Assembly (NCBI GenBank): GCA_026025075.1
Contig: JAPEUI010000108.1
Coordinates: 1-52,960, forward strand
Reading direction: 5' to 3'
Source of the DNA: Vezdaea acicularis
Taxonomy: Eukaryota
Length of the DNA: 52,960 nucleotides
How positions within the stretch are numbered: the first letter of the stretch is position 1; the number at the start of each line of letters is the position of its first letter. The notes beneath the pieces were generated by a model. That model did no database searches, had not been told where the DNA came from, and worked only from the letters and a program-made list of their open reading frames with translations. Both the position numbers and the translations under genes were made by a program. Positions 20,483 to 31,546 of this stretch are shown one piece after another.

Positions 20483-22852
20483 TTACGTAGCCATACTCCT
20501 TTCCCGTGAGGGTGCCCAGTACTGCAGCCATGTCCGCGCCTTATCTGCATCACCAGCCTCTGCCTCTAGAGCAGCAATGGACCACTCAAGATCAAATTCT
20601 TCCTCGCCGCCAGCAGCAAGGAAATGTGCCATCGATCGTCTGACCTGGCTATCCTCACCTACACAAAAATGCAACGGACTGTCCACGTTCCCAATAGCAT
20701 CGATGTATGGCTTGACCATCGGTAAAGCATCTTTCGCCGTTATTCCTACTTCAGACTCCGATCGCCCACTCTGTACTCGGCCCTGCTTGCAGAACTGGTT
20801 CCTGCACCATGACTTCTGACAGCCAGTAAGCAACTGCGAGAGGTACTTACGCTCTACTCTGCGCTTAAGGGCTTTGCCCTCAGGGTCATACGTGGGCGCA
20901 TAAAGCGGGCCATAGCAGAGATCACACAAACCCATCTCGTTCCGCGGTGTCCTTAGCGGATGGATCTCCGAGCCGATCTGCCCGGTTTTCCCAACCCCAT
21001 ATAATGTCCGACCACAATTATTATTCCTGCATACACGGGGCTTGATTCTGTGCGCTTTGTCCAGCTCGTGGTGCTTGAGGTGGACGGGCATATCTCGTAG
21101 CCGTACTATCTTAGCACATAGATGGCACTCGGTCGTACGAGCGCCGTCGGCAAGTTCATGCGGAGTAAGCCCAGAGAGCAGAGCTTCGGCACTCGGGATA
21201 TCAGGATCTCCCTCCTGGGGAACCAGCAGATGGCAAAAGCGGCAAAGAATGATCTTGGCTGGGCAAAGTGTTGTGCGATGCTGCGCAAGAGCGGGGAGCG
21301 AATTCGCTACATAAGGGCATTCTGGGCACTGCTGAGTCTCGTGGAATACAGAGTCGTGCTTTGAGTGACTTGAGAAGCTATTGCCATAAGCGGAGTCGTG
21401 AGGACAATGCCAATGGTCGGTCCATTCTGAAGAGGTTTTCTTGAAGACTTGCAAACAGCGGGGGCAGAAGACGTTGTTTCGGTAGCAGAAATTCTCGTGA
21501 AGGAGCATGGTTCGTGATGGGATCCATTGGTGGCAATTCTTGCAGCGAATATCGTTTGGGTCCGGTGCAGAGTCTCCGTTGCGAAACTCCTCCTCATCGA
21601 TGCTTACATCGACTTGAGACGGGTCAATCAGGCTCGTCCGGAAGCCAAACTCTTTTGCTGATGTTTTCGGAACGTGATCTTCTGCCGCTGATTCGCTGTA
21701 GCCGTGGACTGAAATCCATAGTGATTCAGCTCCTTCAAGAACAGGATTGCTTAGGTTTATGCGTATTCTCTTCGTCGGCCTGTTCTCGAATGTTCCAAAG
21801 ACATGTTCGTCATCTCTAGGTTTTGCGCGTTGTCTGGATCCAAAAGGACTAACAAACAAATCGAGTTCATATCCTTCGCCAGTTCCACTGATTTCGATTT
21901 CCAGTCCCTCCTGAAGACCTCCTAGAGGGAGCTCGTAGTCCACATAATCGCCTGGCTGTACTTTTCCGTGTATTTCATTGAGCGTATTTATCTTTCCCCC
22001 AACGGAGCTTGTGTTTGCTGTGTTTGGAGCCTTTTGGAGCCTTTCGGCGTGTCTCTTGAGCGTCTCACGCGCCTGCTCTTCATTCAAGGGCTCGATATCT
22101 ACTTCCAAGTCCGTGTCAACGATACATATTCCGGGCCCTTCTGGACTGAGTTTGTCTGCGATGAATTTGAAATGTTCTACCCCTTTCCGAGTGCTTTTTG
22201 GTATTGATAGAACCTCCCCTTGAGTTAACGTAGTGAAGTTTGATCTTAAATGGTGCTCCAGCAGCGACTTCCAATCTTCTGCATCGTACCCAGCTTCGAG
22301 AGGTCTCAGGCGGACGTAAGTGCCCTTAGGTAACTGTTGGGAGTGTACGGTAATTCCTACACCAGGTTGGCCGTCTTTCGAAGCAAAATCATCGCCATTT
22401 GTCATAACAAGATCTCTAGCGCCATCGTGCGAGCCCCCCTTAGCAACTTCCTCGCCATCTATCCCTAGAGCTGTTCGTAAAAAGTGGCTAAGCCCTACTT
22501 CTCCCTCATTTGCCGAAAACTCTCGTATCCCAGCGTAAACGACTCTATCATTCCGAGAATTGACTAGGCGAAACGTGAGGGGCTGTGGTAATTGAGGTTG
22601 GCGATCAAAGGGCTGTGACCTTCTTTGTTGTGTTGCAGCGAAGGGAGGATCGTTGTCAAAGTAATGAAAATACGTGTCAGCATTCTGTAGGGTCTCGGCT
22701 GGTACAGAAGCGGTGGCGGCAGACAAAAGCTGCTCGAGAGCTACGGGAGGTAGCAGGATCTTGTCGCCATGGAGGCGTTCAGTCGCTGGTGACGGTGATG
22801 CTAAAGCATACTTTGCGGCCCATGTTAGGGGAGGTTTGAGTTCGTCTGCCAT
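20483..22852 (-). CDS. UFD1-domain protein with Cys/His zinc-finger repeats, AZUL-like and UBA-like C-terminus
   Basis: GDKILLPP, YAGIREFSA.EG, LPKGTYVRLRPL, LRSNFTTLTQGE and ICIVDTDLEVDI; CxxC...H...C repeats; YLSQLLTGCQKSWCRNQFC. First ATG is at 22852 (the track starts at a GTG). Confidence 0.88.
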   Translation of the reverse strand: MADELKPPLTWAAKYALASPSPATERLHGDKILLPPVALEQLLSAATASVPAETLQNADTYFHYFDNDPPFAATQQRRSQPFDRQPQLPQPLTFRLVNSRNDRVVYAGIREFSANEGEVGLSHFLRTALGIDGEEVAKGGSHDGARDLVMTNGDDFASKDGQPGVGITVHSQQLPKGTYVRLRPLEAGYDAEDWKSLLEHHLRSNFTTLTQGEVLSIPKSTRKGVEHFKFIADKLSPEGPGICIVDTDLEVDIEPLNEEQARETLKRHAERLQKAPNTANTSSVGGKINTLNEIHGKVQPGDYVDYELPLGGLQEGLEIEISGTGEGYELDLFVSPFGSRQRAKPRDDEHVFGTFENRPTKRIRINLSNPVLEGAESLWISVHGYSESAAEDHVPKTSAKEFGFRTSLIDPSQVDVSIDEEEFRNGDSAPDPNDIRCKNCHQWIPSRTMLLHENFCYRNNVFCPRCLQVFKKTSSEWTDHWHCPHDSAYGNSFSSHSKHDSVFHETQQCPECPYVANSLPALAQHRTTLCPAKIILCRFCHLLVPQEGDPDIPSAEALLSGLTPHELADGARTTECHLCAKIVRLRDMPVHLKHHELDKAHRIKPRVCRNNNCGRTLYGVGKTGQIGSEIHPLRTPRNEMGLCDLCYGPLYAPTYDPEGKALKRRVERKYLSQLLTGCQKSWCRNQFCKQGRVQSGRSESEVGITAKDALPMVKPYIDAIGNVDSPLHFCVGEDSQVRRSMAHFLAAGGEEEFDLEWSIAALEAEAGDADKARTWLQYWAPSRERSMAT

Positions 22853-23800
22853 GCTGGGCGCAGAGAAGAACACTACAAAACATGAAGGCACTTTTTTCGA
22901 TATTGCGTTCTTATGAATCTTCGTTCATTTTGCATCGGATCAAACGCGTCTGCAAAGTCGCTGCCTTACAAATGACGCAGAAGACACGAGAAACCTCGGA
23001 ATCTGCTAGTCAATAGATAAGATCAACTTAGATCTCCACGTTCTAGCTCGACTACTATCCCTATAACTTGGGCAAATCTCTGCCCTGTCAGAGCTTAGAA
23101 CATTAAGGAGACCAGCATGCTTTGACGAAAGACAAGGAGTTTTCTATCAAATTTTGAGGCAAGATTCATCTCTAGGCTTGAAAGATCTGCTCGCCTAATC
23201 TCATTGGCGGAATAAATAGAAGCCAGCACTCAAGCGAGAGAGCTTTGTCGGTTAGTAATTCATGGCGCCGGACAAAACGTCATCGCGCAGCAACAAAGGC
23301 CAGGGGTTCCAACTTTGCACGTTCTTTGTCCTGTTCCCTTAGGCAGCTTATCGAGCGATAGTTATGGCCATTGGCCTAGACGAACGCACGATCATGGAGC
23401 CCTTGTTCCAAGCCTTCTTTGACCACATCGCTGGCCTTGAAGCCATTGACGACAACTAGCTATATTTGACAAGAGCTAAAACAAGTTTTTCGGGAAGGGC
23501 ATAGCATTTGCCGGCGAAGCTCAACAAACATGCGGAGACCTGGAAACGATAAGAAGTCTCGCGTGAGACGTGTGAATCTGAAAGCGCTATCTTTGAACTC
23601 TCATTAGTGAGCAGTCTGTTGACTTGTGCTCATACTGTAGCTTCACATAACGCATAGTCCATCTCTCCGTGGAACATTGGGATATTGTTGAACAGACTAT
23701 TATACATCGAACAGCCCGCCCGTATACAAGACAGCGCAAAAGCTCGTGGCCTTCGGCAAGGACTTCTGCAGAGCGCGGTATCGCAAGCTGTCAGGCCGCC

Positions 23801-24694
23801 ATGGGGTTATTTGGAGGTCATCATTCGGAGAAGCAAAAGGAGACCCTGCCAGTGCGTGAAACAAAGATCAGATTACCGTCAAACGATGGGCCTGCTCGCA
23901 GTAAAAGCAACGGAACCAGCGAGATCACAAGATCAGGAACGGTCCTTTCAAAAGACCTCGCGCGTCGGCCTACACAAAAGAGCACATTCTCTTCAAAGCC
24001 GACTTTAACAAGAATCCCATCCGTCCAAACGCGGTATATGGACATGCTACTGCATCTCGATAACATTCCAAGGCTGCATAACATCATGGCATCTGCTGCG
24101 ACGTGGATTCTACTCGCTGGATATGTGATCCTACCCGGAACCTTCACAACCCTCCAAGATTCCAAAGTCGTCAAGAATGGAGGCAAGGGCAATGTCGCCG
24201 AAGATGTTGTTGTCAGAGCGATCCGCAATGCGCCGCTGTTGTGGGTAGGCGCTATATTCTGTGTCATTGGGGCCGTAGGAATGATATCACTATGGATCAG
24301 GTGGCGTGCAAACTATGTTTGGCTTATCAACAGAATCTTCCTGTGAGTGAACTCACTCACGTTCTGTGCGTCTAGCACGTCTCTAACTATCGAATATAGC
24401 CCTGGATTTCTGAACTCTTTGACTGGAGTGATTTCTACTTTGACAAACATATTTACTGCGCAGGGTGGATTTTTCAGTATAACGGCGAAAGTGACGATTG
24501 CGGTGACTGGTGCATGCACAGTGATCACAGCAATACTTTTCTTACTCTACAATCAGTGGATACTAGAGAAAGTCAAGAAATCACATGTGCGTGACATGGA
24601 TATTCGGCCAGAGCACCCCGAAGATGAAGGAATTGTAGAAAAGATACACCGTAAAGCTCAGGAACCGGCTCTAGAGCCTGGTAGTGTTGTGTAG
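23801..24694 (+). CDS. Conserved fungal multi-pass membrane protein of unknown function; join(23801..24342,24400..24694)
   Basis: RIPSVQTRYMDMLLHLDNIPRLHNI, WILLAGYVILPGTFTTL, NYVWLINRIFL|PGFLNSL, ending ALEPGSVV; about four hydrophobic segments; intron GTGAGT...CTAAC...TAG. Confidence 0.88.
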
Positions 24695-25578
24695 TGCTTG
24701 GAATTTCAAGATCAACAGTGGTATATGTAGTGCATATCGCACCATGTGGAGCTCCGTGGATTGAAGAGTGCATGGCATTCTTGCGCCAAGGCGAGTGGCT
24801 CAACGGTAGTACAGGCTGCTTTTAATTTCAAAGAGTTCATCTACTCTCATTTTTGGGCAAAAGTTTCTTCTCCGCTTAATTCTTGGAAGACTGGGTTCCC
24901 CAATCTTTTGGATACGTCTCGACGCATAAGCTGAAGGAATGAGCTCCCTGAAATGTCTGTTTCTTGCTCGAGGAATACCATTCGAACATTAGGACATCCT
25001 TCGTCCCACTCTAAAAACCAGAAACGAGTGGGATATAAGCTTGGTGGAGAATCTGGTCCCAAACAGCCATCAGTCGGAGATAGACAGACTTAGGTGCGGG
25101 GTCTTTTCAAAGCGAATTAGGAGGATACTTTTTGAAAGATACGGCGATGGAGCGAAAGGGGGCTGGCCAAAAGGACATTCTGGAGACTCGTCTACCTCCT
25201 CTTCGCTACCTGGTTGATCATCATGCGGCTGATTGCTACAACGGAGCAACACAAAAATGAGCCACAAGAAGAGAAGAGAGTTTGAGGGTGTTTGCGTCGT
25301 CACATGCTTTTGAGGAGGTACGTTCGCCTTTTGGCCTGATCTGGAAAGCTTGTCTTGACTGTCATTCGGCGGAAACTGCTACTGTCTCTACTTCTACTGT
25401 TGATGTCAAAGATTATTAGTAGCGGCAATGTGGCCGCTTTGTTTACCTCCTTGAGACATAGAACGACTACTTTCGCCCGGTTTCTCCAGTCTTAACTCCT
25501 CACTTCCATCCATTCACTCTTCTTCACTACGGACCTCATACACCTATTATTTAACATTCCTTATTCCTCATTTTTGGC

Positions 25579-26507
25579 ATGCCAGCCATCAATAAAGCCA
25601 GCAATCCCCGTTCAGCAATAAGACGATCCGGTCGTCGCGCTCGTCAACGACGCCTTTTAGCGCGACACGATTCTCGAGTCCAGTCCTGGTTAAATCTGTA
25701 TCCTGGTAGTGAGAAGGCCATGCTTTCAATCAACGATCGGGATGAAATCAAAGGTAAGCCGAATCTTCGTCTCGCTTTCCATTACTATCACTCATTCGAA
25801 CTACGACTAAATTTTCCCCAGTGCTTCCCACATTCACAGCTCACCAAGCTCCATTCGTACAGCCACCGACGCCACCGGATTCCCCGTTACACCCCTTTTT
25901 TCGATCTATAAAACCCGAAGAATGGTCATCGCACGAACAGGATCAGCCGGTCCAATACTCTCTTACACCGTGTTCTTCACCCTCGTCCGATTGGAAGGGC
26001 CTCGGCAGCCTCGAAGGTCTTCCACCAGCTCTGGAAGTTGCTCCAAGTGGAAGCTGGCAAGCACTAGAAGAAGCTGCAATTATTGCGAAATGGGCTAAGC
26101 GATCTCAAAAATCCAGGTTCTTTCCAACGCTGAATGACGAGCTCCACAAAATCTTTACTCCAGTAATATCGCAGCCCCTGCCACCTTCTATCAAATTTCA
26201 GACAAGATCACCTACTTCTATGGACGAGGAATTCATGCCTGACGACTGTTTTGTTTGTGTCAGAAGTCCTTCGTTCTCGCTCAGCGACGACAACTCCATG
26301 AGCAACCTGCGGCCTCACGAAGAGTCATTCGCGATAGTTTTTCCCTCTGAGTGTGACTCTGAGGATGACTGGCTTAACAACCTACGACAAAGTTTCGAGC
26401 CAACCGAAGTACTTGAGGCTGATCAGGAGGAACACCATAAATTTGACTGTTCAGACACGCGCATTATCTCCGAGTCGGAAGGCGAATGGGTTGCAGTGAC
26501 AGAGTAA
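25579..26507 (+). CDS. Hypothetical protein with basic N-terminus and acidic C-terminus; join(25579..25753,25822..26507)
   Basis: ATG follows a pyrimidine-rich leader. Intron GTAAGC...CCCCAG joins two ORFs in frame. No recognised domain. Confidence 0.65.
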
Positions 26508-27037
26508 ATTCTGCGTTGGCGGGTTGACAAAGAAGATGTCATTGAATAGAGAATGTACTCCTAGGCTTTGGGTAGGATACACTAGCAACTCTTGGTTCTG
26601 ACCCAACTTTGAAATTGGCTGGAAGTCCTGATTTGAAATGAAGAGCGCTGAATGGATTTGAGCCCGCCTACGAATAAACAAGCCATCACAACGTTTGACC
26701 TACTGGCGTGTGCGTGTGCTGCATTTTTTCTCCTTAGACAGTTCTTATCAGAGAAAGTGGATACACTGGGCTCTCGACCGCAGCTGGTAATCACAGAAGC
26801 GTTGGCTATGTCATCCTACCCAAAACGATGTTTCGGCTTCGCATGAAGAAGGTGCGGCCTGATATCCTTGGGTGTTGTGTCTCCACTTAAGTTAGAATGC
26901 ACCACAAACCTCAGATCCTTTCAAAAACTCTTCATGACACTTCTTTAATTTCCATTCTTCAAGTACTATTCCTAATCGTCGTCCAACGCACACTCATTCG
27001 TTCCTTGTACTTTCCATTCGTCGAGCTGGGGTCTACT

Positions 27038-29362
27038 ATGCCTTTCACCAGCTGGAAGCAGCAGATTCGACGGAAATTGAAGAAGATCCGACCCTCTACA
27101 AACCCTCCAGTAGGATCCAGCATTGGGCAGGACGCTACAAACGATGAAATTACCCCTGTCTTGCCTGATTCGCCGCAGTGTTTGACCTCCAAACCCACTT
27201 TCCAACCCCACTCAGGGGGTATGTCGATACCACATAGTCCTACAGGGAAAGAGGCCTTTCATGAACGACTCCAGAGAATGTACGGCGTGGACTACTTATC
27301 GGAGTCGCAATTATCACCTTTCAACTCCTCCCGAATTTCTCAAGACCCACTTTCAATAAGTCTTGTAGACAGCGTATCGTCTTCCAATTTGTTTATTCCA
27401 GGTTCTGGGAGGGGATCTCCTATCTCTGCTAGTACACTAGACTATCTTACTCCACCTCTAACCACACAGGAGGGTGGGGACCCACCACCATACAAAGCTC
27501 CGCCAGAAGATCAAAGCAGCTTGAGTCTGTACGAGAATGAGCAAGACGTGTGCAAAGATGAACGATCCGTGAGCAAAGCATCTCGCAGATATGAACGTAA
27601 GCATCGGTTCCAAGACAAAGCGAATAGGATTCCTAAGGGGAGGACTCCGAGTCCGTTGCAATGCACGGATCTTCCATCACGTCCAGACCGACAATCATGT
27701 AAGGTCTGTGGACTATCACGCCTCCAGCACTATCATGGTGATGGTAGCAGCTATAGGTCGAGGTCCCGTCTAAAGACTTGCAAGATGACTCTAGAGAAGT
27801 CTTGGTGGCTTCCAGGAGAACCAGCCTTGTCGACTGCACCGCTTGGCTTCAGCGAAAATATGTCGAACGCCGAAGACTATTTCATGCCATGTCCGTCGGA
27901 AGCATCAGGACCAGATATCTTGCCAGATTGTGATAGCGCCTCGGTGCTTGGCAGCGACAGAGAATCTTGTTCATGCTCATTGACAGCTGGTCGACTTCGC
28001 CGATGGAGTTCCCTTGAATTCGCTACAAGGTTGTCAGAATCGCCAAGCCAGAACAGTCCAGCCTTGATAACTCTCCGTCGAGCAAGTAAATTACCTGGTT
28101 TTAGAGAAGTTGAGGGCTCGTTCAGCCTTCCTAGGGCTGACGAAATAACTAAGCCGGAAGCTCTTAAACAGCCTACTCTTCGAGGCCAGCCCGCAAGCCT
28201 CGCAACGACATTCACAGATGTCCACAGTGCGCTTATGCCATCTGCTCCTAGCGCATCGGAAGCAGGGCCAGGGGCAACCATCTTTGGAACTACTAGCTCG
28301 GTCCAAAGGGTTGTAACAACTACCAGTGTTCACGAGATCATCTGGCAGGACGATCGTACGAGTGTGTGTTCCGTGCAATCAGATATCACCGCGACTAATG
28401 ATAAAGTTAATCAGGAGTCTCAAGCTCATGATCAGAGAGACAAGAAGACCTTGAAGATTCCCAGAGCAGGAACAGAGGTATTAGACAGGAGCTCTAGCGA
28501 CAAAATGTCTGACTGGTCCTGGACGCCAGAATCAAGTAGAGATAGCGACGGCACAGCTATCCAGTTCGGATTTTGCGTTAAGCGGAATAGCGTTGTGGCA
28601 ATTCAGCCACGAATGTCAGTCAATGAATGCCTCGACTCGTCCGCGCTCAGATCATCACAAATGGATGTTGCGCTGTTTCATCGAGAGTCGACGGAGGAGA
28701 ATAAGACCACTCATAAAACGACTATAATGAGTCTTCTCATGCTGACAAATTTCGCTCGTCTAGATTCTAGTCACTCTCTCAATCTAAATAAAGAGCCAGA
28801 AGCAGGCATTGTGTGGAGGAAGGGGGCCAATAGTAGGCAAGCCGTTCCTCGTTTGGTTTCTGAAAGCACAGAAGCAACGGAATTTAAGCCCTACATTAAA
28901 AGAAGGAAAACCGTGCACCCTAATCCGTACGCCACTGCTCGGACTGGTACCATTGGTGGGGTAGGATGTGCAATCGGGAGTTTCGTTGGCCAACGGAGAA
29001 GAGCGAAAACATTCATTGTCAGCCGTGGGCTTCAAGCTATAGACCACATTGAGAATCCCACCCTGCCTTTAAGTCAACAGAGATCATTTTCCTGGAATTC
29101 CGGGGTAGAGGAACTTTCGCTAGTTCATCCCCAGCCCAAACGCATTACGTCGAGCAGGCTGGTGAACGATAGCAGAGACTGTGAAGTCCAAGAACAATGG
29201 GCTCGGAATGATTATAGTGCAGCTTCTCACACGCCGTCTCTTTCTACAAGTGAGCTTCAGCGTCTACATGAGTACCATACACATTATCCAGATGACTCGA
29301 AAGTGGAGAGACTACTAAGGAAGAATAAATCGGAGTCATTCGAAGGAAACGTTCATGGATGA
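27038..29362 (+). CDS. Hypothetical Ser-rich, probably disordered protein (about 774 aa)
   Basis: Uninterrupted ORF of over 2.3 kb. Likely start MPFTSWK at 27038 (upstream ATG 26897 is possible). Short VHEIIW motif; no recognised domain. Confidence 0.75.
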   Translation: MPFTSWKQQIRRKLKKIRPSTNPPVGSSIGQDATNDEITPVLPDSPQCLTSKPTFQPHSGGMSIPHSPTGKEAFHERLQRMYGVDYLSESQLSPFNSSRISQDPLSISLVDSVSSSNLFIPGSGRGSPISASTLDYLTPPLTTQEGGDPPPYKAPPEDQSSLSLYENEQDVCKDERSVSKASRRYERKHRFQDKANRIPKGRTPSPLQCTDLPSRPDRQSCKVCGLSRLQHYHGDGSSYRSRSRLKTCKMTLEKSWWLPGEPALSTAPLGFSENMSNAEDYFMPCPSEASGPDILPDCDSASVLGSDRESCSCSLTAGRLRRWSSLEFATRLSESPSQNSPALITLRRASKLPGFREVEGSFSLPRADEITKPEALKQPTLRGQPASLATTFTDVHSALMPSAPSASEAGPGATIFGTTSSVQRVVTTTSVHEIIWQDDRTSVCSVQSDITATNDKVNQESQAHDQRDKKTLKIPRAGTEVLDRSSSDKMSDWSWTPESSRDSDGTAIQFGFCVKRNSVVAIQPRMSVNECLDSSALRSSQMDVALFHRESTEENKTTHKTTIMSLLMLTNFARLDSSHSLNLNKEPEAGIVWRKGANSRQAVPRLVSESTEATEFKPYIKRRKTVHPNPYATARTGTIGGVGCAIGSFVGQRRRAKTFIVSRGLQAIDHIENPTLPLSQQRSFSWNSGVEELSLVHPQPKRITSSRLVNDSRDCEVQEQWARNDYSAASHTPSLSTSELQRLHEYHTHYPDDSKVERLLRKNKSESFEGNVHG

Positions 29363-29907
29363 TGTTTTTCCGTTTAGCATCCCGAGATCCCTAAAACCAA
29401 GCAGCGTCTTATAACAAATCATACCAGACTTGGACTTTGGATAGACCAACTTTAAAGTGAAGGTTCCCTGATTGAGCGTATATGGCGGTAATTCGCTTTC
29501 TTCCCGTTGAACTTGCCCGTCCACCCTCCCATCTCTCCTCTTCCCGTACTAGAGGGTCACATAGCCCTAATACTTCACCAAAACTAGAGATTGTCTGAAA
29601 AATCTGAATCCTCATGTATCGCATGCCTTATGTGAGCTTTCCGTGCGGGTATTTGCATTAGGGGTAACTCAGTGGGTTCTATGGAACAAAGGACCAAGTC
29701 CGGAATTGCGGAAACGTTCCGCGCACTCAAGCGCCAACACGAATCCTATCATGTCGCTTGCTACTCCTACGCGCTTCCTCGACCACATGGACGTTGTTGA
29801 TTTCATAAACTCTTAGCGCTAAGTCCTACAAGACGAACAGTCGAAATTCCTCTTATAGTCTGGTTTGACTGTTCATGGCTGTGCAGACAATGCTTTAGTG
29901 CACTGCA

Positions 29908-31500
29908 ATGGCAGTGTTGTCCAAAGCAAAACTATCATCTAAAGCGCTATCCGACCCTGGGATCCTCCGCCTTCATATCTCCCCACTCAACCCTCAACTT
30001 CTCCCGAGCATTTTGCCGCGCTCAGTTCTCCCATTGACGGAGGGAATATCGTATCACAAGCTTGAGACGTTCCCCGAGCGCGATTACGGGTTTCTAGAGC
30101 TCCCCGCAGTAGAGGCCGAAAAACTTCGAAAGAAGCTACACGGGTCCATCTTTAAGGGGATGAAGATGCGAATAGAAAAGGCACGGCCAAAGAAGGGCCA
30201 GGTAGATTCAGAGATGATGAATGAATCAATGGATGTTGATTCCAAGTTAGAGAAGCCGAAGAAACGCAAGAGAGTCGAGGGTGTGATACTAGGAACGGAG
30301 CTGGAGAAGGGCAGGAAGGTCCAGAGAGGTTGGACGAAACCAAAGGGTGAAGTAGAGAGAGAAAGGGGGAAGAAAGACAAGAAAGATAGGAAACAGAAAT
30401 TGGTCCCGTCCGAGTATACAAAAGGAGCGGAGCTACTGTTTAAGACAACTCTTCCCCCCACCGTGGAGTCTCCCAAGACGTCAAAGAGTCGCCAAAGGAA
30501 GACGAAGGGAAAACAAAGTAGGGATGTGCTTGTCCATGAGTTCGAGCATACCACGAAGCATGCGAGTTTTCTAAAGGAGAAGACGTTATCTAAAGACAAA
30601 GCTAGAGCATCGGAGTATGTTCAGGGTAAGGGATGGGTCAACGAAAATGGAGACGTAGTAGAGGAAGTCAAGAAGAACCAGAGAAGCAACTTATCAGTAA
30701 ACGCACAAAATATTACAAGATCCTTGGGCAAAGTAAGAGATTCTGCTACAGCACCAAAAGAAGTTACAGATAGATCTGAGAGTTCATCATCAGAAAGAGA
30801 AACTTCCATAGAGGGATTTTCGGACGATGGAGACAAGACTTCGAGTGAAGGTAACAACTCTGATACGTCTGGGGTTGAGTCTGTATCTCCTTTGAAGCCT
30901 TCTCAGCCGCTCAAGTCGCCAACCCTAACTTTGAGAATTTCCAAAGATGTCGATGGTGTAAATTCAGAGGCAGTGAAGAAAAAGCCTCATCCTCTTGAGA
31001 CAATCTTCAAACTGCCACATAAACCCGGCAATGTTGTACCTCTCGAGCAGTCCGTCGACGAGAGCCGGCCTTTTAGCTTCTTTGGGGAGGCTGATGATGA
31101 TATTGACGAAAGCTCTCAGGAGGTTCCCATGACTCCTCATTCAAAGTTAGACACTAGAACTAGGGGCTGGAGGAGTGCAGCGCCTACTCCTGATACAGCA
31201 GCTATCGGAAAATTCTTTCCGCGGTTTGACCCTGGAATTGATGATAAAGATAAGACGGAGAGTACTGAAGAGAAAGGAGGGCAAGGCGGTCCACAAGCCA
31301 CTCCTAAACCTGGAAACTCAATTGAAGATGATCAGGACTCAGAACTTGATCAAGTACTCATAAAGAATGGAAAGGGTTTTGAAGAAAGGTTTTATGAGAG
31401 GAGAGGAGAAACGAATCGACTGTGGAAGAGGCGGAGGAGGGAAGCGGCGAAGAATAAACGAAAGGTAGACAACAAGAAACACGGACAAGGTGGATTCTAA
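29908..31500 (+). CDS. Lys/Glu-rich nucleolar-type protein with N-terminal degenerate RRM (Nop8-like)
   Basis: LRLHISPL...TFPERDYGFLEL...LHGSIFKGMKMRIEKARP, RKVQRGWT, HPLETIFK, RSAAPTPDTA and FYERRGETNRLWKRRRREA. Confidence 0.8.
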   Translation: MAVLSKAKLSSKALSDPGILRLHISPLNPQLLPSILPRSVLPLTEGISYHKLETFPERDYGFLELPAVEAEKLRKKLHGSIFKGMKMRIEKARPKKGQVDSEMMNESMDVDSKLEKPKKRKRVEGVILGTELEKGRKVQRGWTKPKGEVERERGKKDKKDRKQKLVPSEYTKGAELLFKTTLPPTVESPKTSKSRQRKTKGKQSRDVLVHEFEHTTKHASFLKEKTLSKDKARASEYVQGKGWVNENGDVVEEVKKNQRSNLSVNAQNITRSLGKVRDSATAPKEVTDRSESSSSERETSIEGFSDDGDKTSSEGNNSDTSGVESVSPLKPSQPLKSPTLTLRISKDVDGVNSEAVKKKPHPLETIFKLPHKPGNVVPLEQSVDESRPFSFFGEADDDIDESSQEVPMTPHSKLDTRTRGWRSAAPTPDTAAIGKFFPRFDPGIDDKDKTESTEEKGGQGGPQATPKPGNSIEDDQDSELDQVLIKNGKGFEERFYERRGETNRLWKRRRREAAKNKRKVDNKKHGQGGF

Positions 31501-31546
31501 GCCCTGCTCAGAAACTCCAGAGTTGGTGCTTATCTACTGTGCCTAT

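Noticed and set aside
24789..24854. tRNA-Lys-like relic (TGGCTCAACGGTAG, CTTTTAA, GAGTTCATCTACTC, T-run)
   Set aside because: Acceptor and anticodon stems do not pair and there is no proper B box; tRNAscan-SE would settle it.
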